Assembly: GCA_963820525.1 (NCBI GenBank)
Contig: CAWGAA010000001.1
Span: 2,208,001 to 2,272,000, forward strand
Length of the DNA: 64,000 nt
Direction: 5' to 3'
From: an uncultured Spirochaetota bacterium
Lineage (GTDB): Bacteria > Spirochaetota > Spirochaetia > SZUA-6 > Fen-1364
The first letter of the stretch is position 1, and each line of letters opens with the position of its first letter. The notes beneath the pieces are model-generated. The model did not search any database. It saw nothing but the letters and a program-made list of their open reading frames with translations, and was not told where the DNA came from. The position numbers and the translations under genes are program-made. Shown here in pieces: positions 9,320-18,281 of this stretch.

Positions 9320-11203
9320 TCACCGACCCTCCGGTATTATACGGACCGAATGGATGGGAAACCCGCCGTCGTGGCGGTACTGGAGGATCTGGGCTTCGGG
9401 AAGGCGCGTAAAGGTACCGTCGCTGACGTGCACCCCGTAACCGCCGGGGTAGTGAAGGCGCGGCACGAAAATTTCGGTGGGAGCGCTCACCGCCGGATCG
9501 TGGCGGAACTCGAACTCGAAGACCCTCCGGCGCATGTCGAACCGCATCCGAAGCGCCTCCCCGGCCACGGCGCGCGGATACGGGCGCACTGCAGCGCGGA
9601 GCGCCCTTCCGCCGGAATTGATATCGGAGGGGTCGGTCCTCTGATCCGGGCTGAAGAGGGAGAGGTCCTCTCCGTTCCAGCCGTCGCCGCGGGCGTTTGT
9701 GTTCGTCGCTGTATAGTTGAAGAGCACGGCGGAGAGGAGGTTCTCCTCGACCGCGTGAAAGCTCCTGTCGAGGGCCCGCTCCTGGGCGCTGAAGTCCCCT
9801 GTCCTGTACGCCCTTCCTCCGTCCAGGTCGAAGGGCACCCCGAACTCGCCGAGCAGGGTTGGGGCGCCGCCTAGCCGCTCGGCGGCCAGGCTGCAAAGCC
9901 CGGCGAGCTGGACGCCGAACGACCTTTGCACGCGGCGGCGGCCGACGACGAGCCTCTGGGTCCGGGAGTCCGCTCCCAGGAACGGCGAAAAGTGCTTCCT
10001 CATGAGGGTGAAGCCGTCGTACCAGTGCGGGGCGAACGCGATCCCGGGCTCGTCCTCCGCCGTCCACCGGGGAGGGGCGCGGCCTGACTCGGCTTCCAAG
10101 AAGATCGCGGCCCGAGGATCAGCGGCGCGCAGTGCGCGAGCGAAGCGGTTGGCGAAGGGCCGATAGTAGTCCTGCGTGAAGTCAACGGGTCTGCCGTTGA
10201 CCAGCGCGAAGCAATCGGGACGAAGCGCCACGGGCCTCCCTTTGGCATCGAGATCCCACACACCGTTCATCCGCCACGGGCAGTCGCTGCCGCTTTTCCA
10301 TGCGCGCTTCCCCGCGGGATTGAGCAGGCGATCGCCCGCCCGCGTAAAGCCGGCAAGCCCGATCCGCCATACGGGAACCGCTTGAGGAATCCCGGAGGCG
10401 AGCGCCATGCCCTGGAGCGGAGAGGGGCATTCTCCCAACAAGAGCGGCCCACCCGCCGCGGTGAGATCGCGCCATCCGATGTAGCCGGCAAGCGGCTCGT
10501 TCATCGTGTCATAGCCGACCACATTGGGCTGGGCCTTGAGAGCCTCCGCGATCTTCGCTATGGAGTCGATGTAATGGCGTTGAAGGAACTCCTGCGCCGG
10601 CTCTCCGTACAGCTTAGTCGCTGGAGCGAAATCGTTTCCCCCGAAAAATAAGGTGAACATGGTCGCCGCGGCCAGCTTGTACCCGTTGGTGGGCCAGATC
10701 ATCCGAGGAAGCGTCCCGTCGTGAGCCTGGGGAAGGATCGCGGCCCCAGTTTCCTCCAGGGCGGACATGTCCAATCCCACAGCCTCGAGGGTCCACCCCG
10801 GCGCGCCGTCCCCTCCCGTGAAGCGGCTCCACACATCCTGGTGAGGGTCAACCAGGACGCTGATTCCATGACCCTCCGCCCTCTCGACGATCGCCCTGAG
10901 GTACTCGAGGTATTCCCTGTCGTAGATGCCGGGGCCCCCGTGTTCCACGGCTTCCCAGCTCGTCATGAGGCGGATCAAGGTGAAGCCCCATTCGCGGAGG
11001 CGCCTGAAGTGCTCATCGGCATGCTCGAGGGGAAAAGGCCTGCCCACAAAGGATGCGAGCCGGTGCTCAAGGGAACCGGCTCCAGCGTGTGGAGAGCCTT
11101 CCGGGGACGCTGGCAGCTTGCAGGCCCCATCCACTCCGATCCCCCGCAGCATGAGGGTGCGGCCGCTCTCGTCCGTGAAGCGGGTCCTATCGAGGAGAAT
11201 CAT
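9320..11203 (-). CDS. Glycoside hydrolase family 5, endoglycoceramidase-related/glucosylceramidase-like
   Basis: SFVGRPFPLE.ADEHF, WEAVEH.GPGIYD, DPHQDVWSRFTGGDGAP, acid/base NEP, nucleophile GEFG, GDGWNGEDLS, RPYP. Confidence 0.85.
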   Translation of the reverse strand: MILLDRTRFTDESGRTLMLRGIGVDGACKLPASPEGSPHAGAGSLEHRLASFVGRPFPLEHADEHFRRLREWGFTLIRLMTSWEAVEHGGPGIYDREYLEYLRAIVERAEGHGISVLVDPHQDVWSRFTGGDGAPGWTLEAVGLDMSALEETGAAILPQAHDGTLPRMIWPTNGYKLAAATMFTLFFGGNDFAPATKLYGEPAQEFLQRHYIDSIAKIAEALKAQPNVVGYDTMNEPLAGYIGWRDLTAAGGPLLLGECPSPLQGMALASGIPQAVPVWRIGLAGFTRAGDRLLNPAGKRAWKSGSDCPWRMNGVWDLDAKGRPVALRPDCFALVNGRPVDFTQDYYRPFANRFARALRAADPRAAIFLEAESGRAPPRWTAEDEPGIAFAPHWYDGFTLMRKHFSPFLGADSRTQRLVVGRRRVQRSFGVQLAGLCSLAAERLGGAPTLLGEFGVPFDLDGGRAYRTGDFSAQERALDRSFHAVEENLLSAVLFNYTATNTNARGDGWNGEDLSLFSPDQRTDPSDINSGGRALRAAVRPYPRAVAGEALRMRFDMRRRVFEFEFRHDPAVSAPTEIFVPRLHYPGGYGVHVSDGTFTRLPEAQILQYRHDGGFPIHSVRIIPEGR

Positions 11204-11351
11204 CGAGGACGATTCTGGGAGAAACCTTCCACTCTTTCAAGAGCGGACGGTTCCAGGGGCGGCCATAGGTACGGACCCCCTTTCTCCATCGGGGTGGTCG
11301 CTCTTTCCGCTCCCTACCCTGGAAATAGTACATTCCCATATGGAAGATTTT

Positions 11352-12329
11352 ATGAGCGGCGACATCCACGGCATCCACCACATCACGGCAATCGGGGGAG
11401 ACCCCAAGACCAACATCGGCTTCTATGCCGGCGTTCTCGGACTGCGCCTGGTCAAGAAAACCGTCAACTACGACGATCCCGAAACCTACCATCTCTACTA
11501 TGGAGACGAGAGGGGCGCGCCCGGAACGATTGTGAGCTTCTTTCCCTGGACCTCTCAGGCCCCGAAAGGGCGAGCGGGCCCAGGGCAGGTTGTATCGATC
11601 GCATTCGCGGCTCCGCGAGGATCCCTGGAGTACTGGCTTTCCAGGCTCCGTCAGGCCGGCTTCCATCCCGAAGGTCCTTCCAGCCTGTTCGAAGAATCGT
11701 ACATCGGCTTCTCCGATCCCGATGGGCTCTCCCTCCAGATCGTGGCCTCTGAAGACCCTCGCCGGACTTCCACTTTCGCCAGTGCCATGCCGCCAGAATA
11801 CGCCATTCGGGGGATCCACCACGCCGGGATCTGCGTGTCGGATCCCCGGCCGACCGTCGATTTCCTGACCTCGGTGCTGGGCTTGCGGCTGAAAAACGAG
11901 TCTCGAGAGCGGATGCGTTTTGCGGCGGAAGGAGAGAGCCCGGGAACAATGGCTGATGTCCTCCCCCGTCCCGGCGATCCGCGCGGCCTCATGGGAGTGG
12001 GTACCGTCCACCATATTGCATGGAGGACCGCGGACCAGGAAGCGCAGAGAACGGTTCGAGAGCGGCTATTGGGCTCCAGGATTAAGGCCACCCCCGTGAT
12101 CGACCGCACCTACTTTCATTCCGTGTATTACCATGAACCGGGGGAAAACCTCTTCGAGATCGCCACGGACCCGCCGGGTTTCACCGTAGACGAGCCGCTG
12201 GAGGATCTGGGCTCCGAGTTGAAGCTTCCCCGCTGGCTGGAGCCGAGGCGGGCTGCCATAGAGAAGGCCCTTCCACCCCTGGCATCCGGTGGAGGACCCG
12301 ACGAGGGATCTCTCAGGCGGGCGGGATGA
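11352..12329 (+). CDS. Ring-cleaving dioxygenase (VOC/glyoxalase, MhqO-like)
   Basis: GIHHITAI, LVKKTVNYDDP.TYHLYYGD, GTVHHIAW, DRTYFHSVY, FEIATDPPGF. Confidence 0.9.
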   Translation: MSGDIHGIHHITAIGGDPKTNIGFYAGVLGLRLVKKTVNYDDPETYHLYYGDERGAPGTIVSFFPWTSQAPKGRAGPGQVVSIAFAAPRGSLEYWLSRLRQAGFHPEGPSSLFEESYIGFSDPDGLSLQIVASEDPRRTSTFASAMPPEYAIRGIHHAGICVSDPRPTVDFLTSVLGLRLKNESRERMRFAAEGESPGTMADVLPRPGDPRGLMGVGTVHHIAWRTADQEAQRTVRERLLGSRIKATPVIDRTYFHSVYYHEPGENLFEIATDPPGFTVDEPLEDLGSELKLPRWLEPRRAAIEKALPPLASGGGPDEGSLRRAG

Positions 12330-12964
12330 GCGCCGTGAAGAACCTCCATCTCGGGCAAAGCGTGTCGTTCGCCGGGGAGGAGCTGGGCAAGGCGCGCGCG
12401 GCCGCCATCCTCCTTCACGGCCGGGGGGCTACAGCCGAGGACATTCTGACACTCGCCTATGAGCTGGATCACCCCGGCCTCGCCTTCCTGGTGCCTCAAG
12501 CGGCTGACAGGACATGGTATCCGTTCAATCTCCTCGAGCCTCTTGAAAAAAACTGGGAGGGAATCCGCTCGGGGTTCGAGGTGATCGAATCGCTTCTCCG
12601 CCTGCTCTCGGCAAAAGGGATAGAGCCCAAGAGAGTGCTTATCGCGGGCTTCTCCCAGGGTGCGTGCCTTGCCCTGGAGTTCGCGGCGTCCCATGCCCGC
12701 CGCTACGGGGGGGTGGCGGGGCTGAGCGGTGGGCTCATCGGCCCCGAGGGGACGCCCAGGGACTACTCCCTGGAGGGCACCCCGATCTTTCTGGGATGCA
12801 GCGACACGGACCCCTACATACCCAAGGAGCGGGTCCTGGAAACCGCCCGCGCCATGGAGCGGCTCGGGGGAGCCGTCACTCAACGCCTCTATCCCGGCGG
12901 CGAGCACGCCGTGAACGCCGACGAGGTAGCCTTCCTTCAGGAGCTGATCCGGCTTCAAATGTAG
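12326..12964 (+). CDS. Phospholipase/carboxylesterase (MhqD-like alpha/beta hydrolase)
   Basis: LLHGRG, GFSQG nucleophile elbow; ATGA-coupled to the dioxygenase. Confidence 0.88.
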   Translation: MSAVKNLHLGQSVSFAGEELGKARAAAILLHGRGATAEDILTLAYELDHPGLAFLVPQAADRTWYPFNLLEPLEKNWEGIRSGFEVIESLLRLLSAKGIEPKRVLIAGFSQGACLALEFAASHARRYGGVAGLSGGLIGPEGTPRDYSLEGTPIFLGCSDTDPYIPKERVLETARAMERLGGAVTQRLYPGGEHAVNADEVAFLQELIRLQM

Positions 12965-13150
12965 TCCCGCCTGCCCGCCACGCCCTGGATCCGTTCGCCG
13001 CCCAACATGCGTTTGACGTTCTGGACAGCCCTGCGGGTGCCTTCCATCGCCGCCTCGGGCGTCATGCCCGAGTTAAAGAACTACGTCAGCTGAGCTGAGC
13101 CCAGGGATAAGCTCCTCAGAGGCCAAGCGCTCATCAATCGCTATACGAGT
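12955..13150 (-). pseudogene. Possible remnant of a D-2-hydroxyacid dehydrogenase (N- and C-terminal fragments, middle missing)
   Basis: Minus strand 13074-12955 reads NSGMTPEAAMEGTRRAVQNVKRMLGGERIQGVA. A different frame just upstream reads RIAIDERLASEELIPGLSSADVVL*. Confidence 0.4.
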
Positions 13151-13343
13151 GTATGGTGATAATCTAATATAGAGATATTAGAGATAATAGATTTAAAATA
13201 AAAATGGCAAAAGCGGTCCAACAAACACTCCCATGCGGTTTTCGGAGGGCGTTGCTTCAAAATGATATAATGGAGATAATTGTGCTATTGGCTAATCGTT
13301 AGGCACGAAATCTTCTTAATAAACATTTGCAGAATACTTCGAT

Positions 13344-13372
13344 TTGACTCGACTCAGCGCCAAAACGATAAT
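13344..13372 (+). promoter_or_regulatory. Possible upstream sigma70 promoter
   Basis: TTGACT-N17-GATAAT in AT-rich DNA. Confidence 0.4.
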
Positions 13373-13443
13373 ATTATGTTGCGGGACGATAACGTTCGTC
13401 GATAAATCTACAATACAACAATTTACATCAATATTTAAAAAGC

Positions 13444-13485
13444 AAAAAAAAAAACCTTGACAGTAAAAATTATGATTGCTATAAT
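13444..13485 (+). promoter_or_regulatory. Consensus sigma70 promoter with UP-like A-tract and extended -10
   Basis: A-tract, then TTGACA (13457-13462), 17 bp spacer ending TGC, then TATAAT (13480-13485). Confidence 0.9.
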
Positions 13486-13571
13486 GCCAAGCACTTAATA
13501 CTAGAATAGGGGTGATGACCTAAGGCCGTTGGCTTTGCATCCCCCCCGAAAAATCATTAAGGAGGGACTGA

Positions 13572-14690
13572 ATGAAGAAAGCTCTAGTTTTAGGAGTGAT
13601 TCTCCTAGCCGTTAGCTCTCTGGCCTTCGCCGATACCGGCATGGGGATGTGGGGCCGCACGGCATTCGACCTTGCAAAGGGTGAATCGGGTACCGGCGCA
13701 TCGACAGACATCACCCAGGATTTTGGCGTCTCTTTCTGGCCTGGTCAGCCTCGTGAGAACGTGAACTTGTGGTTCAGCAGCGATAAGGCTGCTTTCAACT
13801 TCACGGCTTATTTCTGGGGAGCGAAGTTGGACGATGGCCAGGGATTTGGCGTATACAACGGCTTGGTGAACGCCTATGGAACCCTGAAGCTGGTCCCCGA
13901 TATGTTCACCCTGTTGATCGGCAAGTTCACCGGTGATGGTTGGGACAATTTCAGGAAGACATCTCCGCACCCCATTCATGATGTGAACAACGGAAACGTC
14001 GGCCGCATCAACGGATGGGCAATCATCGGCGACGTGCAGCCCAAGGATACCGGGATCGAAGTCGCCCTTGCGTGGTTGACCGCTGGCCCCGGGACAATTC
14101 CCAACACACTGGCTGGCAACGCGCGGAACGTCGTTGCTGCCGCTTCCTACACCATGCCCAACACCGTGAAGATCAGCGCTGGATCGACCACAGCCAATCT
14201 TGATGACGAAACAGTCGCCTCGGGTGCTACGCACGAAAATCAGTTGGACAGGAACGTGTTTGGCCGTGTTGAGCTGCTCATGGTCCCCAATCTCACCCTC
14301 TGGGTTGATGCGAAGTACTGGGGCTTTGATGCCAAGCCGACCAGCCAGACGAATATCCAGGCTGAGCTTGCTGCTGCATACAGCATGGATGCCCTCACTG
14401 TCGTGCTTGCTGCCACGTTCGGCAACGGCGAAGTTTTTGGAATCACAAAATCTGAATCAGCATATGCAGTTTATCCTGAGGTGTACTATAACCTCGGAGT
14501 TGCGACGATCGGGCTCTATGCTAAGGTAGGCGGAAGCACAATCACGGACAGCGGGATTGGCTATGCCTTTGAGCCCTACGTGAAACTGAACGACTTCAAC
14601 CTGAGGCTCAGCTTCTACTACACGGGCAGCACTGCAACTGGCGCGATCTCCACTTTTGAGGTCCCGATCCTCATCGACTTCAGCTTCTAA
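13572..14690 (+). CDS. Probable major outer-membrane/surface beta-barrel protein (porin- or Msp-like)
   Basis: AAGGAGG RBS, signal peptide ending AFA, aromatic-rich alternating strands, C-terminal Phe (ILIDFSF), perfect promoter and own terminator. Confidence 0.7.
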   Translation: MKKALVLGVILLAVSSLAFADTGMGMWGRTAFDLAKGESGTGASTDITQDFGVSFWPGQPRENVNLWFSSDKAAFNFTAYFWGAKLDDGQGFGVYNGLVNAYGTLKLVPDMFTLLIGKFTGDGWDNFRKTSPHPIHDVNNGNVGRINGWAIIGDVQPKDTGIEVALAWLTAGPGTIPNTLAGNARNVVAAASYTMPNTVKISAGSTTANLDDETVASGATHENQLDRNVFGRVELLMVPNLTLWVDAKYWGFDAKPTSQTNIQAELAAAYSMDALTVVLAATFGNGEVFGITKSESAYAVYPEVYYNLGVATIGLYAKVGGSTITDSGIGYAFEPYVKLNDFNLRLSFYYTGSTATGAISTFEVPILIDFSF

Positions 14691-14710
14691 TTCCTGAAAG
14701 AAGATCGCAG

Positions 14711-14745
14711 AAAGCGCGCTCATCCGAGCGCGCTTTTTTTATTTT
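14711..14745 (+). terminator. Intrinsic terminator
   Basis: AAAGCGCGCTC-ATCC-GAGCGCGCTTT followed by a T-tract. Confidence 0.92.
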
Positions 14746-14858
14746 CCCCCCTTTTCAATCGCGTGCCTTGTGCTTGAATTTTCCTGCCCGAGAGTGCAAT
14801 AGTGTTAGGGGCTCGGTTTTAAATTCCATGGCATAATATTAGCAGGGAGGAGCAGCCC

Positions 14859-15542
14859 ATGACGAACGCGAAATCTTTGAGTCTTTTCATTGTCACAGCA
14901 CTTTTCTTGACCGGGTGTTTATCGCCCAGACTCGGTTATCCGGTAAAAACAGTGGAAGTTCCCACGCCGGTCACTCTCTTTTCGACAATAGCGGCAAAGC
15001 CTGAAATCTATAAGATGAATATGGATTTCCTGTCGCGGGAAGCATGGGGTATCTTATACGACAAGAAGTTCCAAGAAATATTGGACAAGGTATCGGTCCA
15101 GAAGCTCCAATACCAGGTGAACGAAATATTCCAGGACAGGGCGGAAAAGGCGAGTGACCTGTTCGCCCTCAGCTCGCGTGAAGTCTTGAACACGGACATT
15201 CAATTCTCCAAGACCAAGGAAGATCCTCCCGAGTATTCGGGTTTCGATTTCAGCGCGAGCAGGGAATCCATCCCAACGAAATACATATTGGCTCTCACGA
15301 TAGACGACTGGGGATACAGCCCCTCGAGGAAGATAGAGCTTAATGGACCTTTCATGGTTATCACAATCCAGCTCATCGACAAAGAGACGAACGCAAGCCT
15401 CTGGAGATACAGCTTGCGACATCAGGAGAACATTTCACAGGATGCATATGAGCTGACGCAAGCGAGCTATTTCGAAGAGGCTTACCAAAAGATGATTACG
15501 AATGCAGTGAGCCGATATTTCCAGTGGCTCAACAGCAAATAG
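14859..15542 (+). CDS. Hypothetical lipoprotein
   Basis: GGGAG RBS, FLTGC lipobox, AT-richer coding sequence. Confidence 0.7.
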   Translation: MTNAKSLSLFIVTALFLTGCLSPRLGYPVKTVEVPTPVTLFSTIAAKPEIYKMNMDFLSREAWGILYDKKFQEILDKVSVQKLQYQVNEIFQDRAEKASDLFALSSREVLNTDIQFSKTKEDPPEYSGFDFSASRESIPTKYILALTIDDWGYSPSRKIELNGPFMVITIQLIDKETNASLWRYSLRHQENISQDAYELTQASYFEEAYQKMITNAVSRYFQWLNSK

Positions 15543-15574
15543 ACTGCCTCGGGCCGCGACGCGCTCGTCCGATA

Positions 15575-16612
15575 TCAGCCCGGCGCGGCCTTTCTCCTGA
15601 CCAGCTCTTTCGTCGAGAGAAGCCCGCAGGCCGCGGCGATATCGAGCCCGCGGGACTGTCTGATCGTGGCAAGGACCTCCTTCTCCCTCAAGAGCCTTTC
15701 AAATCTCTCAATCGACTCGCGCGGGCTCGGTGCAAAAGGGGCGCCTGGAATGGGGTGGAAGGGGATCAAGTTGACCCGGCAGCGGATCCCGTTCAGGATG
15801 CGGACCAGCTCCGTCGCATGCCTTGGGCTGTCGTTGACGCCGTCGAACATGATGTATTCGAAGGAGATGCGCCGCTGGCCGCGAACGGCCCGGTCGCGTA
15901 GGATCGCCAGCACCTCCTTCATGGGGTAGACGTGCTCCACCGGCATGAGCGCCCTGCGCTCCTCATCGAAGGGCGAATGGAGGCTCACGGCGAGGTGGCA
16001 CCTGCTCGCGTCCAGAAATCTTTCAATGGCGGGGATGAGGCCAACCGTTGAGACGGTGATGCGGGTGGGGCTCATCCCGTATCCGTAAGGCGAACAGAGG
16101 ATCTCAAGACTTGCCAGGACATTATCGAGGTTGTCCAGCGGCTCGCCCATCCCCATGTACACAATGTTCGTTACCCTTTCCCGCTCGGGAAGGCTCCTGA
16201 ACTGGTTGAGGATCTCTCCCGCGGGGAGGTTTCCCTGGAAACCCTGTTTCCCCGTCATGCAGAAGAGGCAGCCCATCTTGCAGCCCACCTGGACCGAGAG
16301 ACACAGGGTTGCCCTCTTCTCCTCCGGAATGAATGCAGCCTCGACAAAGCCCCTCTCCCCGGAGGGAAAGAGGTATTTCAGAGTGCCGTCGGTAGACCGG
16401 GCAAACTGTAGATGGGAGCGCACTTCAAGGGAATAGCGATCCTCAAGGCGGTCCCTCGCGGCCTTGGGCAGGTTTCTCATCTCCTGGAAGCTCTGCGCAT
16501 GCTTCTTGTATATCCAGTCGGCAAGCTGACGAGCGCCAAAGGCGGGGAGCCCGGCATCCGAGGCGACGCGCTGAAGCTCGCCGAGAGTCTTTCCATACAG
16601 GGGCTCTTTCAT
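15575..16612 (-). CDS. rlmN: 23S rRNA (adenine2503-C2)-methyltransferase RlmN
   Basis: Radical SAM CKMGCLFC, MGMGEP, ITVSTVG, SLHSP, DIAAACGLL. Confidence 0.93.
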   Translation of the reverse strand: MKEPLYGKTLGELQRVASDAGLPAFGARQLADWIYKKHAQSFQEMRNLPKAARDRLEDRYSLEVRSHLQFARSTDGTLKYLFPSGERGFVEAAFIPEEKRATLCLSVQVGCKMGCLFCMTGKQGFQGNLPAGEILNQFRSLPERERVTNIVYMGMGEPLDNLDNVLASLEILCSPYGYGMSPTRITVSTVGLIPAIERFLDASRCHLAVSLHSPFDEERRALMPVEHVYPMKEVLAILRDRAVRGQRRISFEYIMFDGVNDSPRHATELVRILNGIRCRVNLIPFHPIPGAPFAPSPRESIERFERLLREKEVLATIRQSRGLDIAAACGLLSTKELVRRKAAPG

Positions 16613-16621
16613 ACGTGAGAC

Positions 16622-17278
16622 CTAAAAGTATATCTCCGCGCTGATATTGGCAAAGGGTACGCCCCGGTCTATGAGGAGGTCCCTTACATCCACCACCATC
16701 TCCGCGCTTCCGCAGAGAAGGTAGCGCGAGCCGGCATCCAGCGGACATTTCCTGAGGTACGAGGTGAGCCGGCCGTGAAAAACCTCCCCATCATCCTCAG
16801 CGCTCGAGCAGGGAATATAGCGCGCGCCGAGCATCGAGGTGAAGAGCCCCCGGAAAAACAGCCCGGAGAGAAGCCGGCTCCCATGGATCAAAGTCTTACC
16901 TTTCGACATGCCCGAGCGCGCCATCGATGCAAAGGGCGCAACCCCCGTGCCCGTGGCGATCCATATCGACGGGCCATCTTCGTCGTGGAAATTGCCGAAG
17001 GGGGCCGAAACGGAGATGGAGTCGCCCGCCTTCACGGCGGAGAGCCGAGGGGTGAGAAGCCCGCCGGAGACAACATCGAACAGCACCTCCCAATCCGGAT
17101 CTCCCCGGCCGCTCGCAATGCTGTAGCTCCGCGGCCCAGTGGCGGGATCCAGGCTGAGTGAAAGACACTGACCGGGGATGAAGTCAGATGCACGCTCAAG
17201 GGAAAAAAGGAAAGCGCCCGGGGCCATCCGCTGCAATCCCCGCACCCTGGTTCTGTGAAAGGAACCCGTTTCCGTCAT
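16622..17278 (-). CDS. Ferredoxin-NADP+ reductase-like FAD/NAD(P)-binding oxidoreductase
   Basis: RSYSIAS, GLLTPRL, IATGTGVAPF, LCGSAEMV, C-terminal EIYF. Confidence 0.85.
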   Translation of the reverse strand: MTETGSFHRTRVRGLQRMAPGAFLFSLERASDFIPGQCLSLSLDPATGPRSYSIASGRGDPDWEVLFDVVSGGLLTPRLSAVKAGDSISVSAPFGNFHDEDGPSIWIATGTGVAPFASMARSGMSKGKTLIHGSRLLSGLFFRGLFTSMLGARYIPCSSAEDDGEVFHGRLTSYLRKCPLDAGSRYLLCGSAEMVVDVRDLLIDRGVPFANISAEIYF

Positions 17279-17428
17279 GTCGCTTTCAGGCGCGCCAACA
17301 TTGCGCAAAATCCCTCTGGGTATTTTATCTGCAAGGAGGCACCGTGAAAACGGCAAGGCATAACCGGCCGTCGCCTTGACCCTGCGAGTATGCCCTCCGT
17401 ATTTTTATCCTTGACAAGAGCTAGCGAT

Positions 17429-18271
17429 ATGGGGCTCGCCACTTCAGTCCAACTCCTCCAAGCGGCCGTCTCCGAGCGATGCATCATCGCAGCCTTTCCG
17501 ATGTTCAGCGCCGAGGCGGCGGAAGCGATCGTTCGCGCTGCGGACGACGCCGGCGCTCCGGTGATCCTCTCCGTGGATGAGCTCGACCTGGAGCGCATGG
17601 GGGCGGAGGAGGCGGTCTGCCTGGCGCGGATCAAGGCCGAGAGGGCCCGCGTTCCGGTAGTCCTCCACCTGGATCACGGGACGAGCCTGAAGAGCGTGGT
17701 CCGCTGCCTGAGGGCGGGGTTCACTTCCATCATGATCGACCCTTCCAACTACCCTGAGGAAGAGGGCCTTTCCTTCGTTCGCGGCGTTGTGGAAATCTGT
17801 CATGAGGCGGGAATCGGCGTCGAGAGCATGGTTGGAACGCCCCAGCCGGTCGTCGATCCGCAAGGGAAAGCGGGGAGCGAACAGCAGCTTGCCGATCCTC
17901 AGAAGGCCCAGGCTTTTATCGAAAAGACGGGCGTCGATTCCCTCGCGATCTGCGAAGGAAGCGAGCACGGCGGTCTCCTCGTCGACCGTCAAGCCCGCAT
18001 CGACATGACCCGGCTGAAGGAGATCGCCCGGGTCGTCTCGATCCCTCTGGTGATCTCCGAAGCGAGCGGCGTGGGTGACGATCAGCTTCGCGAGCTTCGA
18101 CGAACGCGCGTGGGAAAGCTCACTATCGGCTCGGCCCTGCGCATGACCTGCAAGCTGGCAATGCTCGAGGCGCTCAAGGAGAGCCTCCTCGACGTGCGCG
18201 AGGCCGGTATTCGCGCGGAGAAGGCTATGTACCGGATCGTCCGCGACTCGATCAAGAAACTGACTCTGTGA
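17429..18271 (+). CDS. Class II fructose/tagatose-bisphosphate aldolase family protein, degenerate active site
   Basis: PVVLHLDHG, GFTSIMID and TGVDSLA are present, but PLVISEASG replaces PLVLHGGSG. Confidence 0.78.
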   Translation: MGLATSVQLLQAAVSERCIIAAFPMFSAEAAEAIVRAADDAGAPVILSVDELDLERMGAEEAVCLARIKAERARVPVVLHLDHGTSLKSVVRCLRAGFTSIMIDPSNYPEEEGLSFVRGVVEICHEAGIGVESMVGTPQPVVDPQGKAGSEQQLADPQKAQAFIEKTGVDSLAICEGSEHGGLLVDRQARIDMTRLKEIARVVSIPLVISEASGVGDDQLRELRRTRVGKLTIGSALRMTCKLAMLEALKESLLDVREAGIRAEKAMYRIVRDSIKKLTL

Positions 18272-18281
18272 GCATTCAGCC

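Noticed and set aside
10926..11351. N-terminal ORF extensions in the track (also 20381-21379, 41176-42252, 44566-46209)
   Set aside because: They overlap neighbouring genes; RBS and family boundaries support the shorter starts used
13100..15542. AT-rich stretch as a mobile island or CRISPR leader
   Set aside because: No integrase, transposase, direct repeats or repeat-spacer array; promoter DNA and envelope genes explain it adequately
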